Origin: Lama glama
Lineage: Eukaryota
Reading direction: 5' to 3'
Length of the DNA stretch: 64,000 nucleotides
Assembly: GCA_028534125.1 (NCBI GenBank)
Contig: CM052817.1
Location: 20,524,001 to 20,588,000, forward strand
Shown here piece after piece: positions 27,176 through 40,679 of this stretch. How positions within the stretch are numbered: the first letter of the stretch is position 1; every line of letters begins with the position of its first letter. The notes under the pieces are model-generated. The model saw nothing but the letters and a program-made list of their open reading frames with translations, ran no database searches and had not been told where the DNA came from. The position numbers and the translations under genes are program-made.

Positions 27176-27843
27176 GTTACTACTTGATTATCACTAGGTG
27201 TTCAATACATAGTAACTGTTATTACTTAAAATTCTTGCTTTTTGCTTTTAGCGCCAAAGGGCTGTATTTGCATTACTACATTCAAAGTTCATGAAAACCT
27301 ATTGTAGCCATTGTAATTATTTCTGTTTTGAAAACTTCTTTAAGTAGGAAAACTTAGTCTTCATTTTATATATAACAGAAGCATTAATGTGTCACGCAGT
27401 TTTAAGCAAATCACCAATCTCGTTGTCCTATTGTCTAAGGCAAGCAGTAATCCATTCTCTACCGACTTTTCAGAGACATTAAGGAAGTTCCTCTTTTTAT
27501 TTGCATGAGCTATAAAACACAATGCATCTCTGTAATTTTGGGTAAAGCAGTATTTTATTTCATCATCAGGAACTACTCTACATTGTGTCTGTAAATATTG
27601 GTAACTTGGTACCTGGGATCATAAGTGAAATAGTCAAATGTTCGTATCACAAAAATTAGGAAGAGGATAATATATATTTTTCCCTTCAGAATAAAAATAT
27701 AATAGAATCAATATAATGAGTTGCTTTTTAAAGAAATACAAGAGGGCCAAAATAGGGTAAGAATTAATATCAGGTATTTTATTCACTGGTTAAACCAGAC
27801 AGTTCTATTCTTTGTGCCTGTTTTATAGGTAGTTCATCCTGCC

Positions 27844-27846
<3 letters not shown>

Positions 27847-27894
<48 letters not shown>
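27847..27894. repeat. (AC)24 perfect microsatellite
   Basis: Read directly from the sequence. Confidence 0.98.
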
Positions 27895-27896
<2 letters not shown>

Positions 27897-28131
27897 CTTC
27901 ATTGCACCCTTCTGCCAAAGTTGGGACTTTGCCTCACTCAATGAGATAATGCATATGTAGAAGAAAATTAAAACTAAGAGCCTGCTCCTGGGTTTGGTCC
28001 CATGACTTCCAAAGATTGTGGAAATAAAGCAATTAACTTTTTAATTATGCAAACCATTTGGTAAAGTAAGCATTAAAAAAGATACTTAAACAATTTATTT
28101 AATGTTTTTAATGTTATCTCAGGAATGTTAG

Positions 28132-28169
28132 AAATTTCAAAATAAGCAAAAAATTTCAAAATAAGCAAA
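28132..28169. repeat. Perfect 19-bp tandem duplication (aaatttcaaaataagcaaa)x2
   Basis: Units at 28132-28150 and 28151-28169. Confidence 0.95.
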
Positions 28170-30842
28170 AAACTCAGAGATTTTTCTTTCAGATTCTTCA
28201 AATTGTAGGATAAATATAAGAAAAACACTTCCATATCCCAATCACTACTTTTAATACTACTGGACTGTGTTAAATAATAGAATTTTTATAATATATGATT
28301 GGATTAGAAAATAGCTATTTCGGGACTGGGGCACACATATTTTTAGCTGCAACTCAAGCCCCCTGCCTCTCCAGGGCGTATTTTAATTATGCCTATCAAT
28401 TGATCTAAATTACTGAACTTGCTCCAACTTGCTTAAGAATAAGAAGCTTCCTTAGATACAGTTAACACATTAAAACAAACTGAAAAAGAATTCTGAAATC
28501 ACTGGCATAAACAAGTTGCAGGGCATATAAATCATCTGTACAAAAGAATTCCCAAGTCCCTTTTGCTCAAGTTTTATGCCTTATTAAAATTTTCAGTGGT
28601 CAGAAAAAGATATGCCTACAAATGTGGATTGCTAACTTAATTGGCACTAGCATTTAAGATAGCGTAATTTGGTTTTCACACTAAAGTAAGAATATTGCTT
28701 TTATATTTGACATATAGACACTTCATGTATATAGGAGCACACATGCCGAAAAGATGAGACATATTTCAGCATGGGATTAAGTAAAAATATCTGTTTTCAC
28801 TGAGAAGCTGACATATTTAGCTTGCTAATAATTGACCTAGTCATTAAGCAGCCGAAAGTCCCCATCTGTCCCTGCTGCTCATTTGTACCTATTACATATA
28901 TTTTAGCATCAGCGCTAAGGCCTTCAGTTCCTTCTGTGGGAAGAAGGAAGGGCATTTCTGAAGTGGTTAAGGCAGTTCTCTTGCCTCGATAGGGGAGGAA
29001 AGAACAGAAAATATAATATAGCTACACAGAGAGATGCCTGCCTCTGAGCTCTTTTCATTTTAGCAGCTTGAGAAATATCAGTACATGTTATTGCTCAGAC
29101 ACACATTCTTTCTAAACAAAGGTTACTGCCATGGATTCCAAAGAGCAGAAGGAGCCGCTATATATATATTTTGCATTCATTTAGCTGGTATCATTATTGA
29201 TTGGACCTCACAAACTATCTGCTTGTACCTGATGTGCCTCCCTAAACAATTATGAGGACAAATATTTTATGTGATGGCACACACGTGGAGAATTTGACTT
29301 CTCAGGTACTGTCTGTTTGGGATATTCATTCTGAAATTTATGAGCACATTTGAAGCATTGCTCAACACTGCTCACCTGGGAAACACACATGCACACACAC
29401 ACACATGACACGCAGCCCATCCTCTTTGAGCTGGGCTGAAAGGCTAAAAGCACATCTTGGGAATAAATCTGACCAATAAACTATGGCTTCAGAAAGACTT
29501 TATTTTGGAAATGTTCTGTTAAAGTCAGTATCTTCATCATTTGCAAATTTGACAGCCTCCTGCCATATTGAGACTTTATATTGTAAAAATGAGTTATACC
29601 TCTATATTAAATTGTTTATTAAGTTGCAAATAGAAAATTTGCAGTGCATGTGCAATGATTTTTTTGATCGTTTTCTCTCATTAATTGACAAGCCAAGTTG
29701 AAAGTCAGTATAATCCTGTAAGTGAAAAACTAACAGAAAGATTTAAAAAGATTAACTTAAGGGTAGGTATAGTTTTCTAACGCCTTCCAGTGCTTTTTTT
29801 AACCTCTCAAGAATAAGGTGTATATTTACATTGTTCCAACTTAGAGAATTGTGCTGTTTAAGTTAAAATAGCTTGAGTTAGGTTAGAGTATTGTAAAATA
29901 CTGCTTCAGAGTAATTTCAGTAAATTGCTCAAATATTCCATCATTTCAAAATTTCCTTTACACCTAAAATTCTAGTTTTCCTTACAAGGGATTTTGTTTT
30001 CAAATATAACCCTAAAAAATCCCTGGGAATACTTAGGGTTGGCTCTGTTAATGCACAACAGGTCTCGACAAGAAACTCTGTGCCCAGAAACTAATGCGGA
30101 CAGGGTTGGCGTTTCAAGTTTCTGCTGAAAACGTATGATAATCCGATGTAAATGTTCCAGTTATTTATAATAACAATTTCTGTATTGTGGTATATTAGAC
30201 TTTTCAAGCTCTTTTCTCTTCCCTGGAATCCAGCCGTAACTCTGTCCTTGGCTTCTGCAGTACTTGTTATAATAAAGTCCTTCTGATACTACTTGTAATA
30301 AACCTTCATGGAGGCAATCCAAGATCGACCTTACTGATAGCTGAATTCTCCTTAATAGTGAATTGTATTCTTGTGAGACTCCAGCAGAGTTATTTTCCTT
30401 TAGAGTTAAAGATTTTATGTTGAAATAGTATTTATTTATTTATTTATTTATGTCATTGAGCAGTCTCACTGCTATGACTAAGAAAATTGCGCCATAAAAT
30501 ACTTGGTAATGTAAATGTGAGGATGAAAGTTATATATCTGGTGATTTATTGAATTTATGGCTTGTAGGAACATGACTGTCTCCATAAAGGAATCTAATAT
30601 ACACACTGGAGAATGTTCTAGTAATGCCTTGTAAAAACAGGATGCTGTTGTAATTTGAAATCTTGAGAGCTTGAGCCACAGTAGAGGTATGCCTTTAGCA
30701 TTTGTAATCATACATGACCTGGCTTTTCACATCTAAATTAGATGTAGGAAAATTTAGAACCTGCATTTATTTTGTAAGTACTTGCTCTTACACAGAATGT
30801 AACATTCCATTTGCATGCCAACCTTTTTTCTTCTAGGTAGAT

Positions 30843-31263
30843 ATTTTTAAATTGAAGTATAGTCAGTTACAATGCATCAATTTCTGGTGTACAGCACAAT
30901 GTCCTAGCCATGCATATACACACATATATTTGTTTTCATACTCTTTTTCATTAAAAGTTATTATAAGATATTGAATATAGTTCCCTGTGCTATACAGAAG
31001 AAATTTATTTTTTAATCTATTTTTGTATATAGTGGCTAACATTTGCAAATCTCAAACTCCCAAATTTATCCCTTCCCATCCCCTTTCCCCTGGTAACCAT
31101 AAGATTGTTTACTATGTCTGGGAGTCTGTTTCTGTTTTGTAGATGAGTTCATAGTGTCCTTTTTTTTTTTCTTTTTTTTTAATTCCACATATGAGTGATA
31201 TCATATGGTATTTTTCTTTCTCTTTCTGGCTTACTTCACTTAGAATAACGATCTCTAGGTCCA
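30843..31263 (-). mobile_element. 5'-truncated LINE-1 3' end, relatively young camelid/cetartiodactyl-type subfamily
   Basis: attgaagtatagtcagttacaatg...ttctggtgtacagc...gatattgaatatagttccctgtgctatacag...ggtaaccataag...ttccacatatgagtgatatcatatggtatttttctttctctttctggcttacttcacttagaat. Confidence 0.92.
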
Positions 31264-33344
31264 GACATACCTACTTTCAATGTATTTCCTTACCTGTTTC
31301 TTTTATTGCCAAGAAATGGAAAGGTCAATGAAGAGTAGGAAGTTTAATGGAGTTCATGTTAGAGGAAAAACAGACCAAGTTTGATAAGCATAGGCCTGAC
31401 ATTTGAGACCAGTGATTACCCTAGAATAAGGAGTATCAGTATGTAGGCAAGAGGGAGTCAGGGTTCTAACCAAAGCTCTGAAACTGCATTTGACATATCA
31501 AAATATGTTTAATCTCCTTCTTTGTCTCTCAGGAATTAAACTTAAAGTTTTGGTTCACATTTTAAACAGTGGATTTTTTTTGTCTTGAATTTTTAAATAG
31601 CTTTTGTCATCACACTTTCTGAATTGATTTTGATCCATTGAGAAAGTCAGTGCATTTGGTCAGTAAAATTTTAACTTAAAAGAGGTGATTTTATCTTTTT
31701 CTTCTTTTAATGAGCCCCCATTAACTGATTGCTTAAAGATTGAAAAGACTCAAAATGTTTAGCCACGTAATATATAATTCTACAAAAGGAAAAATATACA
31801 AAAGCAAAATAAAAAAGTATATTTTGCGTATTATGTACAAATAGAGAGAATATACTAAGACAAAGATTTAGTTTCTTTTATACAATATTCTTAAGATAAA
31901 CTTAGCTATTATTTGTATAATGAAATTCACATGGTATACAGCTTGTTTTTAAAGTCTTCTTTTTTTTCCCACCCAGGGAAATATATCCCTTAACTGAAAC
32001 GTAAAAGAGCATGTATGTGGCAGGGGAAAGAAAGAACAGGTTCTTCTCATATATTAACAGTTCCATATGCTGTTTATTAAATTTGATGCTAGTCAACTCA
32101 TTCAGACAGCTGATTTTAATAAAAAGAAACCAGCAGTTTTGTAGAAATATGAAAACATATGGACATGTACATGACCACTCTGATGCAGTTTTATCATCTG
32201 TCAGATTTCTCAAGAGTGTACTGTATTTTATGGTCTTGAAATAAAATATTATGAATTAATACATACCTAATGAAATAATATATATGCTGTGAGGGACTAG
32301 CATTGCCCAAAGTTGACACTGTAGTTCATGTCATTTAAATAACAGTATTGAAAACGTGTTCTCTTGTATTAACTGAATTCCAACCTAGAGCATGCTGCCT
32401 CCCTGGTTGTATATGAATTTGTCGAGAAGAAAATAATACCAAAAAAGTTTTACTAAGCGTCTGAGATGTTTTATAGTCAAAGAACAACTTGTGTTTTAAA
32501 AATAAACTAAAATACATTAACTAGGAGCAGTGTGCAAAGTATTTCAAATGAAGGGTAGGGTGAACAGACTGTTTTACTTTCCTTGCATTCTACATATCTA
32601 TGAATAATCATTCCTTGAGGTTTAAATTTATAAATAACAGTGCAGAGTGGAGTTATTTCGACCCTACAAAGGAAACCATCCGTTTTGTTTTCATTTTCTT
32701 TTGGATAAACTCAAAATGGCTTAGCGTAGCTTCTGCTAAGCTTATTCAAGACTGAAGCGTTTTTGACAAAAAGAAAAAAAAAATGTTTCCCAACTGTGAG
32801 TAGACTACTACACTTATGTGGCTAAATTCAGTCAGAATTGACAACTGCTGTTTGACTTGGCAAAGTTAGACTATGGTAGTTAATACTAAGAGAAGGGAGG
32901 TAGCAAGAAAAATTGTAAAGAGAAATTTCAATGAAGAAACTCAATGTAAATTGTGCTCTAGGGAAGAATGGTTAAATAGAGACATTTTGTTCTAAAGTTA
33001 TCACCATAAGTTGATTATTCCGTGTCCTGCCCTCACATATGTGCACACAACAAGCCTGAGAAATGAAGGTGAAAGTTATCATCTAAGACTTCACGTCAGC
33101 TAGTAGGACATTCATTGTAAGTCCTCGATGATGAGTGCTACATGGAGTTAGACTCCTGTCTGTTTGGATGTAGAACTTTACTATCTGTCTTTACAAAGTC
33201 AGGATGTGAGAAATTATAAACTGAAGAACTCGGTCTCTTTTTTATGATACGTAATTTTTTACAACAACATTCTCTTGAAAGAAATTTCTCGAATTATTTG
33301 TATGTGTTCTGGGTGGAGTAGGACCCTCTATTTATTTATTTATT

Positions 33345-33490
33345 CAGTATCTTACCTGTTAGATTTTGTGTTGCATGAGGCGAGAGACCATGTTTTCATG
33401 ATTGTTTTATCTCCAGGTTCGAGGGCAGGGCCTGCCATCGAGTAGATGCTCAGTATATATTTGTTGAATTAATCAAAGAATAAGTGAATA
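33345..33490 (+). mobile_element. L2 LINE 3' end
   Basis: catgaggcgagagaccatgtttt...cagggcctgccatcgagtagatgctcagtatatatttgttgaattaatcaaagaataagtgaat. Confidence 0.8.
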
Positions 33491-34714
33491 TTTTCTGGGT
33501 CCTGGGTTCAAGGTCCAACCACAGTTTCCAGTATTTCCTTAGTTTGTATGCTTTATTTTCTTTGCTTGCTCTTCTGATAACTTAGTCTGGGTTGAGTTGT
33601 GGTAGCAGAGAAATTAGTCCAAATGATAGACAAGTATAAACATCTTTTGTAAGAAAAGGAATGGGCCAATCCTAAACTCTTTGTAGAATATTGCAAACAT
33701 TCTCACCTAAAATTTGTATTGTTCTTACTGATCTTTGGTGTATTACTGCAGCAAGTGTCTGTACGTGAACCAGGATATTTATTGTGTTTCATAAAATTCT
33801 AAACCTGGGCCTCAGTGAAGAGTTTATATTATATTTAGAAACCATGCTTCTCTACTAAGAATATAGATATATATTTTTCTATGTATCCTAATTGACAGAA
33901 CTAAGGTGCATCAACACAAAATATTTTATAGTTGAGAGATGTTTTTTGATGTCTATCCATGAAGGACCTTGAAGGTCAAAGATAGTATCTGGATGGTACC
34001 CACCATCATGGGGAAAAATCATAGCATTCTAAGTGTACCACACTTGTAATTAAACTGTTTTCTAGGTAAACTGACATTGACTAGTAGATTCTTTGAGTCT
34101 CCTAATTCTCAATTCCAGGTTAAGAACGTCATAGTTGCCAGTTCAAATTCTTAGTACATTGTTCATATGGGTTTAAATATAAATTTATTTATAGTCATTC
34201 ATTCATTGCTCAAATATAATTGAAATCTAATTTCGAAGACAGCTGGGAGATTCAGGTCAAGTAAATTTCTATTAGCAGTGGAAGAGTTTGGTTAAATGTC
34301 TGTCTTAGTAAGTTTTCTTCCATCTGTTTTATTTTTTACATATTCATTTTGTATTTATGATGGTACTGGAATATGGTTTCTCTAAAATTACAGTTTGTTT
34401 GATTTCCTGGAAGAGGGTAGGATGACCCTGGGTGGAAATCAGGATTTTCTATGAGTTTGCTAAGATCTGCATGAGAAGTGCTTCTCTTTGGAGTTTCCAA
34501 GGTAGTTCCTTCCATATTATTGTATTTCTGTTTTTCAAATCGCTCATAGCCACCTTTAGCCTCCCTACCAACTCTGCATCATCACTGCCCTTTTCACTCT
34601 TGTTTATAACTTCCATCCGCTTCCCACCTCACTCTACTCTGTGCTCTCAGCGTGATAACCAATTCACGCTCCTTAAATATTCAACAGAACGCAATATATT
34701 ATTGTGTTCTAATT

Positions 34715-34927
34715 AACTGCCACACGTGAAAATACTTTACATATTTCATCTCACTGAATCCTCCTGACGTTCTTAATATGTAGGTTTTATTAGTTCACAA
34801 GAGAGCAAAGGGAGGCTCACAGACCTTAGGCGATTTACTCAAAGTCATGCAGCCAAAATAGCTGACATGGGGTTTGAAAAAAATCTGTCAAGCCAAAAAA
34901 GCATGTTCTTTCTATTACAACATGCTG
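34715..34927 (-). mobile_element. MIR SINE
   Basis: tactttacatatttcatctcactgaatcctc...gaggctcacaga...ggcgatttactcaaagtcatgcagc...ggggtttgaa...catgttctttctattacaacatgctg. Confidence 0.8.
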
Positions 34928-34934
34928 TGTCTAG

Positions 34935-35110
34935 CCATGCCCTTCTTTCCCTGAAATGGTCTTAACCTCTTTCACCTACACATCTCTGTCCTGCTGGCCA
35001 ATTCTTTCTTTAAAGTTTACTGCAAGTACCACCTCTTCTGTGGAGCCCTCCTCCTTAGCTCTCTGTGTATCACACGTCTGTGTTAACACATATCACAGTG
35101 GCACCATTCT
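34935..35110 (+). mobile_element. L2 fragment
   Basis: ccttctttccctgaaatggtctt...ctttaaagtttactgcaagtaccacctcttctgtggagccctcc. Confidence 0.6.
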
Positions 35111-35129
35111 TCCCCCCTTTCTTTTTTAG

Positions 35130-35362
35130 TTTTAAAAAATATAGTAATAATTTTTCATGAAACAGTTTATGTCAGCATGAAATGACGTTGGCTATTTTCA
35201 AATACATTTACAGTAATTGTGTTTGAAGTGTCAGTTTTACTTTTGAATGTAATGAATACCAAGGGTGGTATACCCCACATGAAAATACAAGGGCTTTGGG
35301 TCAACCACAGTTTTTAAGAGGCGAGAGGAGTCTTGAAACCCAAATATTTAAGCACCACCGGC
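35130..35362. mobile_element. hAT-Charlie-like DNA transposon (MER) fossil, one end
   Basis: tttttaagaggcgagaggagtcttgaaacccaaatatttaagcaccaccg resembles a Charlie-type terminus (...aagtttgagaaccgctg); exact family not assigned. Confidence 0.45.
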
Positions 35363-38300
35363 TAAAGCAGCATCTAGTACAGACTGAACACTCTTGAAAT
35401 ATTCGAGGGACAAAACCAAATAATCAAATTGATTAAAACCTTTTAGTTGTAGAGGCTAAAAATGTCCAATGTGAGGACTTAGGATTTCCATAGTTTTATA
35501 CATTTACTCAAACAATGCTAAGAAGAGAATGAGCAAAACCCACATTAAAGTGTATTTTTTTAGGAAAACCTACATTTAGAATATTAATTATATTGAGTAA
35601 AACTGTGTATTAATTAAAATTAAAATTCGAAGTGCACATTATTCAATATATCAATCAATGATTAACCAGGTATTCGGGTAGCCTATTATTTTGTATAGAA
35701 GGCACATTGGGTCATTCTATTATAGTGATAAATTGTGAGATTTTTTAGAGAGCAGATTAGTCAAACATTAGAAATTTGAAAATAGCAAAGCAAAATATTA
35801 TAGATTTGTGACAACCTTTATAAAATGTTTTTAATGCAACTAAATCTTGAAATTTATATACGATTGTCAGAAAGTTTTATCGCAGCTTTAGATTTGTATA
35901 TGGCAATACTCTAATTGTCATGATGAAAAGTTATTTTTAGGAAGTAGTGTGTGATAATAAAATTAATGAACATCCTCAGTTAAAGAGAAAAAAAAAGAAT
36001 ATTTCATGTTTTTACTGAGATAAGGGATCTTAAGCATCATGGGCAAGCATTAATACATGAGACTGTAAATTTACATAGACCAAACCCAGTTAAAATGTAA
36101 TTCAGTAAAAAAGGTTTACACTTACATCTCTTTAATATTATTTCCTAATTTCTTCACTGCACAATTGTTTATTAAAGCTGGTAGCTGGTAACATCAAACA
36201 CTGTTATTTAGCAGATTTGTATTGCCATTAAGCTAAGCAATTTTTACTTTTATATCTTAGGAACATAAAATACAATACAAGGCACGAGAAACACACCACG
36301 TCCTTAAAGAGCTGAATAAAGGATTAATAACCATTCTTTCATTTTATATCAGTCATAATTTTTATTGATAAAAAAAAAAAACCTCCCAGTGGTGCCTCTG
36401 CAGTGATGTTAGTCCCTTTTGTATTTTCTGGTTTTTTTCCTCCTTGTGGCCTCGTATTCAAGTGCTGACTGATAAACTCGTCTGTGGTTTATAGGATTGT
36501 TTATTTTATACGTAAAAATACTCTTTGTTCCTCCTTAACAAAAACTGAACTGGGCAGTGTCAGCAGTAGAGCAGTTTCCTGAGGGCGGAAGAACACGTAG
36601 CATTCCTTCCTTTGCAGAGGTTTTCAGATTCCATCTCTCCTTGACGCCACCAGGGCAGATCTTAATCCTGCCAGGCAGTAAGGCAGGAGTTAGCTGGCCC
36701 TCCACGCTCCCACCCTGCCTAGACACACTGTGGACCCTAGCATTAAGATTAATAAAGTGTCCTTTTTGATAACTATCCAGCCACTATCAGCAAGAAAGAG
36801 AATGAAAGAAAAGTGAACCAGTTCACTGCCTGGAGCCTGACCCTCCAAGAGGAATAAGCAGGACTGTTCATGTTCAAAAGAGCCCTGGGTAGGAATGTGA
36901 GGGACTGTGGGAGAGTTTTAGAGTCAGAACCAGAGCTAAAATATCTGTTTTCTAATTGTTAAGAGAAAACTTACTTTAAGATGGATATCCCAAATAGGGT
37001 AAGGAAAACGATACTGTTATCAGGGATGTTTATGCGGTATGGCAATGGCCTTTTCTCTTATATCCTTGTACCAGACAAGTCAGGTTCTGATAAAGGTTTA
37101 AGGACACTAAGCAGAGAACAGCAGTCCCACTGCCTAATTAATCTCCCTATTTATATATATATATATTTTTTGATGTGTCTCTTCTGCATATCAAGGAGTG
37201 TTCTGTTCCTCCCACCAAATAATCTGTTCTGGTTGGACCAAGCTCAGACTTGCCGGCACTAAACCACCTCCTTCCCACCACATTGCATTAGGCTGTGTCA
37301 GCTTCCTGTTCTGCAAACTGTTTTTTTTTTCCCCCTTTCATCCTTTGTCCATAGCCCACCGTGTCTTTAAGAAGAAGCTCAGTATGTGCCTTGTCAAAGT
37401 TCACTCCCCGTATCCCTTCACTTTTAACTCCCAAGCACTACAAAGTTTGACCCTTGTTTTTGTTCCCCTCCTAAAGATTGTATTTTTGAGGCTATGAAGC
37501 AGGGCTTGTGCCTTATTTCTTGTTGGCATTGCAGCTGTGTTCCCTGTGCTCATTGCACTAAATCACACAGCCGTTAGTATCAACACCCTAGTTTCAGTAT
37601 TTCTTCTTCAATCATACATCTTTCTGAAAAGAGAAACAGACTTTACAAGGGCTGAACCACAGTATTCGCTGTGATGTTCTTGTGTCATCTACATGACAAA
37701 GAATTTCTGTCCTTTGGGAATATCAATCTCATTACAAACTCTCCGTTGTCAGTGCTACTTAATCATAATCACAAACCTTCTCTCCACCACTTCTTTTTGA
37801 ATATCATGTGGTCCATTTTCCCTTTTTTATCCAGGTGAAAATCTAGCTCGTAACATTGTCTAGAAACAAATATCTACCAAATACCCCTCTAGTACCTGGC
37901 CGCTATCTTTGAAATATTAAAAAAAAAAAAAAAAGAAAAAGCTTTCATTTTTATTTCCCTTAATCCATAAAGTTCTGTTTTCCACTCTATGAATTCATGA
38001 CTCTAAAATTTCAGTTTAATCTTTCCTGTTACCATTCTACATTGTTTTAGGAGTTTATAGACTTGGCTGTTTATAAAATCACTTTATATTACTTGTTACA
38101 TCTGGATAAGTTGTACTCTTAGTGTTTATCTGTTTTGTGTATGTATATTTATTTTCCAGAGTTTCTCATAAGCACACCTTTTGTTATTTTGGTATCTTTT
38201 ATAGTGTGGTGCTAATTTCCAAATATACTAACTCATAATAATCTACCCTTCCTAAGATCAAAGGAAGAACTTACCATACATAAAATCCTTAGGATATTAG

Positions 38301-39177
38301 GAATCCATATACCAAAAAAATGCTGTGTTTTACGCTAGATTCAAGGATCTTACCACAGATTAAGAGCATGTGGATTTTTTTTTTTCTGGCTTGCAAGATT
38401 CCCCAGTTTGATTCTTCTAAAGATAAAATGCTCATCTCCAGATAATCACTCAGGTATATTTAAATGTAGGAATAATTAGATTTCGTTTGCTTTGATATTA
38501 CTGGAATATGTTGGTTTGGAGGGGAATTTAAATTTTAAAAGATTCTGTGTAATGGCAGTTAATATTTTTTAAATTAAATACAAAATGAAAGAAAAAAATG
38601 AAAACTACAAGAAGTTATGTTCGATCATATCAGATAAAACTTAAGTTTGCTCCTTTGAGTTTGTTTCTTTAATTCAAAAGCGCTAGATAGTGAGTGCATA
38701 TGCCCTCAGAATTTTTTGATGCTAATCTCTTACGATAACCAATTAGCTTCCAAATTTCCCAATTCAAGGGCTGACTAATACTCTTGCTTAAGTATTAGGT
38801 GGGTCATGTTATTTTAAACAGAGATGATGGCTAATAGTGAGCAGTGTGTCAAAGACCAGAGGAGTTGAGACACTGGGAAGTTTTGAGATACCCTATCTAA
38901 ATAGGATTAGGGCAAGACCGAAAGGCTTATGCTCCAAACCCCAAAGATCTTTGTGATAGCTGCTTTCCTAAACATTAGGATTAAAGGTTAGAATCACATT
39001 CAGACACAAGAATGCAAACATGTATTCACAAAAATCCCTGTCCTTAGAGAAAAATTCAAGAATGTCCCAGCCCTTCCGTAAATATTATACTGAGAAATGT
39101 ATTGTGAGAGGATCAAAAACATTTTTTTCAGAGGCAAAAATTTAATTTCCTCATATATTTTTTTAACATTTTACAAA

Positions 39178-39320
39178 ACTTTTTTTTAAAAGACTGTTTT
39201 TTTTTTCCAGAACAGTTTTGGTTCACAACACAATTAATTGAGAGGAAGGTACAGAAATATACCCCGCCTCCACACACCCACAGCCGTCTCCATTATTAAC
39301 ACCCCCACCACCGTGGAATA
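39178..39320 (-). mobile_element. Old L1 (L1MC-like) 3' end fragment
   Basis: agaacagttttggttcacaacacaatt...gagaggaaggtacagaaatatacccc...cacagccgtctcccattattaacacccccacca. Confidence 0.75.
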
Positions 39321-40179
39321 CCGCTTCTTGTCTTCATAAAATATGCATATTTTTAAATCAGTTTAGCTCCACTATGTATAAAAGCTTTTCTAAATACTGT
39401 AAAAAATCATTTCATATGAAGTTTGTATTTAAGTATAAACATACAAAGTTAAAGATGTTTTTAAAAACAAACACTGAGAGCCAAACTTGTAGCAGTGTTT
39501 GATTTTCAGGTGTAGAGTTGTCTCATATATGGATATTCTTAAAGTAGTTAATCACTATTAAAATTCAAATAATTTCCTGTAATCATCAACTTTTTATTAA
39601 AAGTTTTCAGTTTATTCTTTCCGAATAATTCTATATATTTAATTTTTAAAAATTACATATAGTCCAGCTAAAGCCATGTCTACAAAAATATAATTAAAAC
39701 ATGAAACTTTTTTACAGCTTTTATCAGTTTGACCTCTTGCAGGGTATAGGAATTCTACTAAATCAAATTCACAAGTTGCAATTGTTTTGATATCAAAACT
39801 AAATGCCCTTAGGAGAATGTAAAAAGGAAAATACATCGTGAGTCAGTTATACAGCAATGGGGTAGAGGCAAAATGAAGAAATGATAATAATCTTACTGTG
39901 TGCTGGGAGAAAATACATATATAGTTGGTATTGTTCATCCTATAATATTTCTTATATCTGTTGTTAAAAAAAGCTAAACCCATATATCAAAATCCTGCCT
40001 TAAGCTACTCTGTCTAGTCACAAAAGTGAGAATAAGATGGTAGCCCCTCCAGGGCAGCAGCCCTCCTGTCCTGGACTTGGAAGATTACTGTTGTGAGAAT
40101 GTTCAGATGAACATCTTTTGAAATACTGAATTTGTTTAAATGATCTTTGAAATTTACCTCAATTCAAAAAAAAAAAAAA

Positions 40180-40679
40180 NNNNNNNNNNNNNNNNNNNNN
40201 NNNNNNNNNNNNNNNNNNNNNNNNNNNNNNNNNNNNNNNNNNNNNNNNNNNNNNNNNNNNNNNNNNNNNNNNNNNNNNNNNNNNNNNNNNNNNNNNNNNN
40301 NNNNNNNNNNNNNNNNNNNNNNNNNNNNNNNNNNNNNNNNNNNNNNNNNNNNNNNNNNNNNNNNNNNNNNNNNNNNNNNNNNNNNNNNNNNNNNNNNNNN
40401 NNNNNNNNNNNNNNNNNNNNNNNNNNNNNNNNNNNNNNNNNNNNNNNNNNNNNNNNNNNNNNNNNNNNNNNNNNNNNNNNNNNNNNNNNNNNNNNNNNNN
40501 NNNNNNNNNNNNNNNNNNNNNNNNNNNNNNNNNNNNNNNNNNNNNNNNNNNNNNNNNNNNNNNNNNNNNNNNNNNNNNNNNNNNNNNNNNNNNNNNNNNN
40601 NNNNNNNNNNNNNNNNNNNNNNNNNNNNNNNNNNNNNNNNNNNNNNNNNNNNNNNNNNNNNNNNNNNNNNNNNNNNNNN
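40180..40679. other. Assembly gap, exactly 500 N
   Basis: N run; the left contig ends in a poly-A tract. Confidence 0.99.

Noticed and set aside
27400..27439. Segment between cacgcAG and AAG|gcaagc as a GC-AG cassette exon
   Set aside because: 40 nt (frameshifting), weak pyrimidine tract and a non-canonical donor
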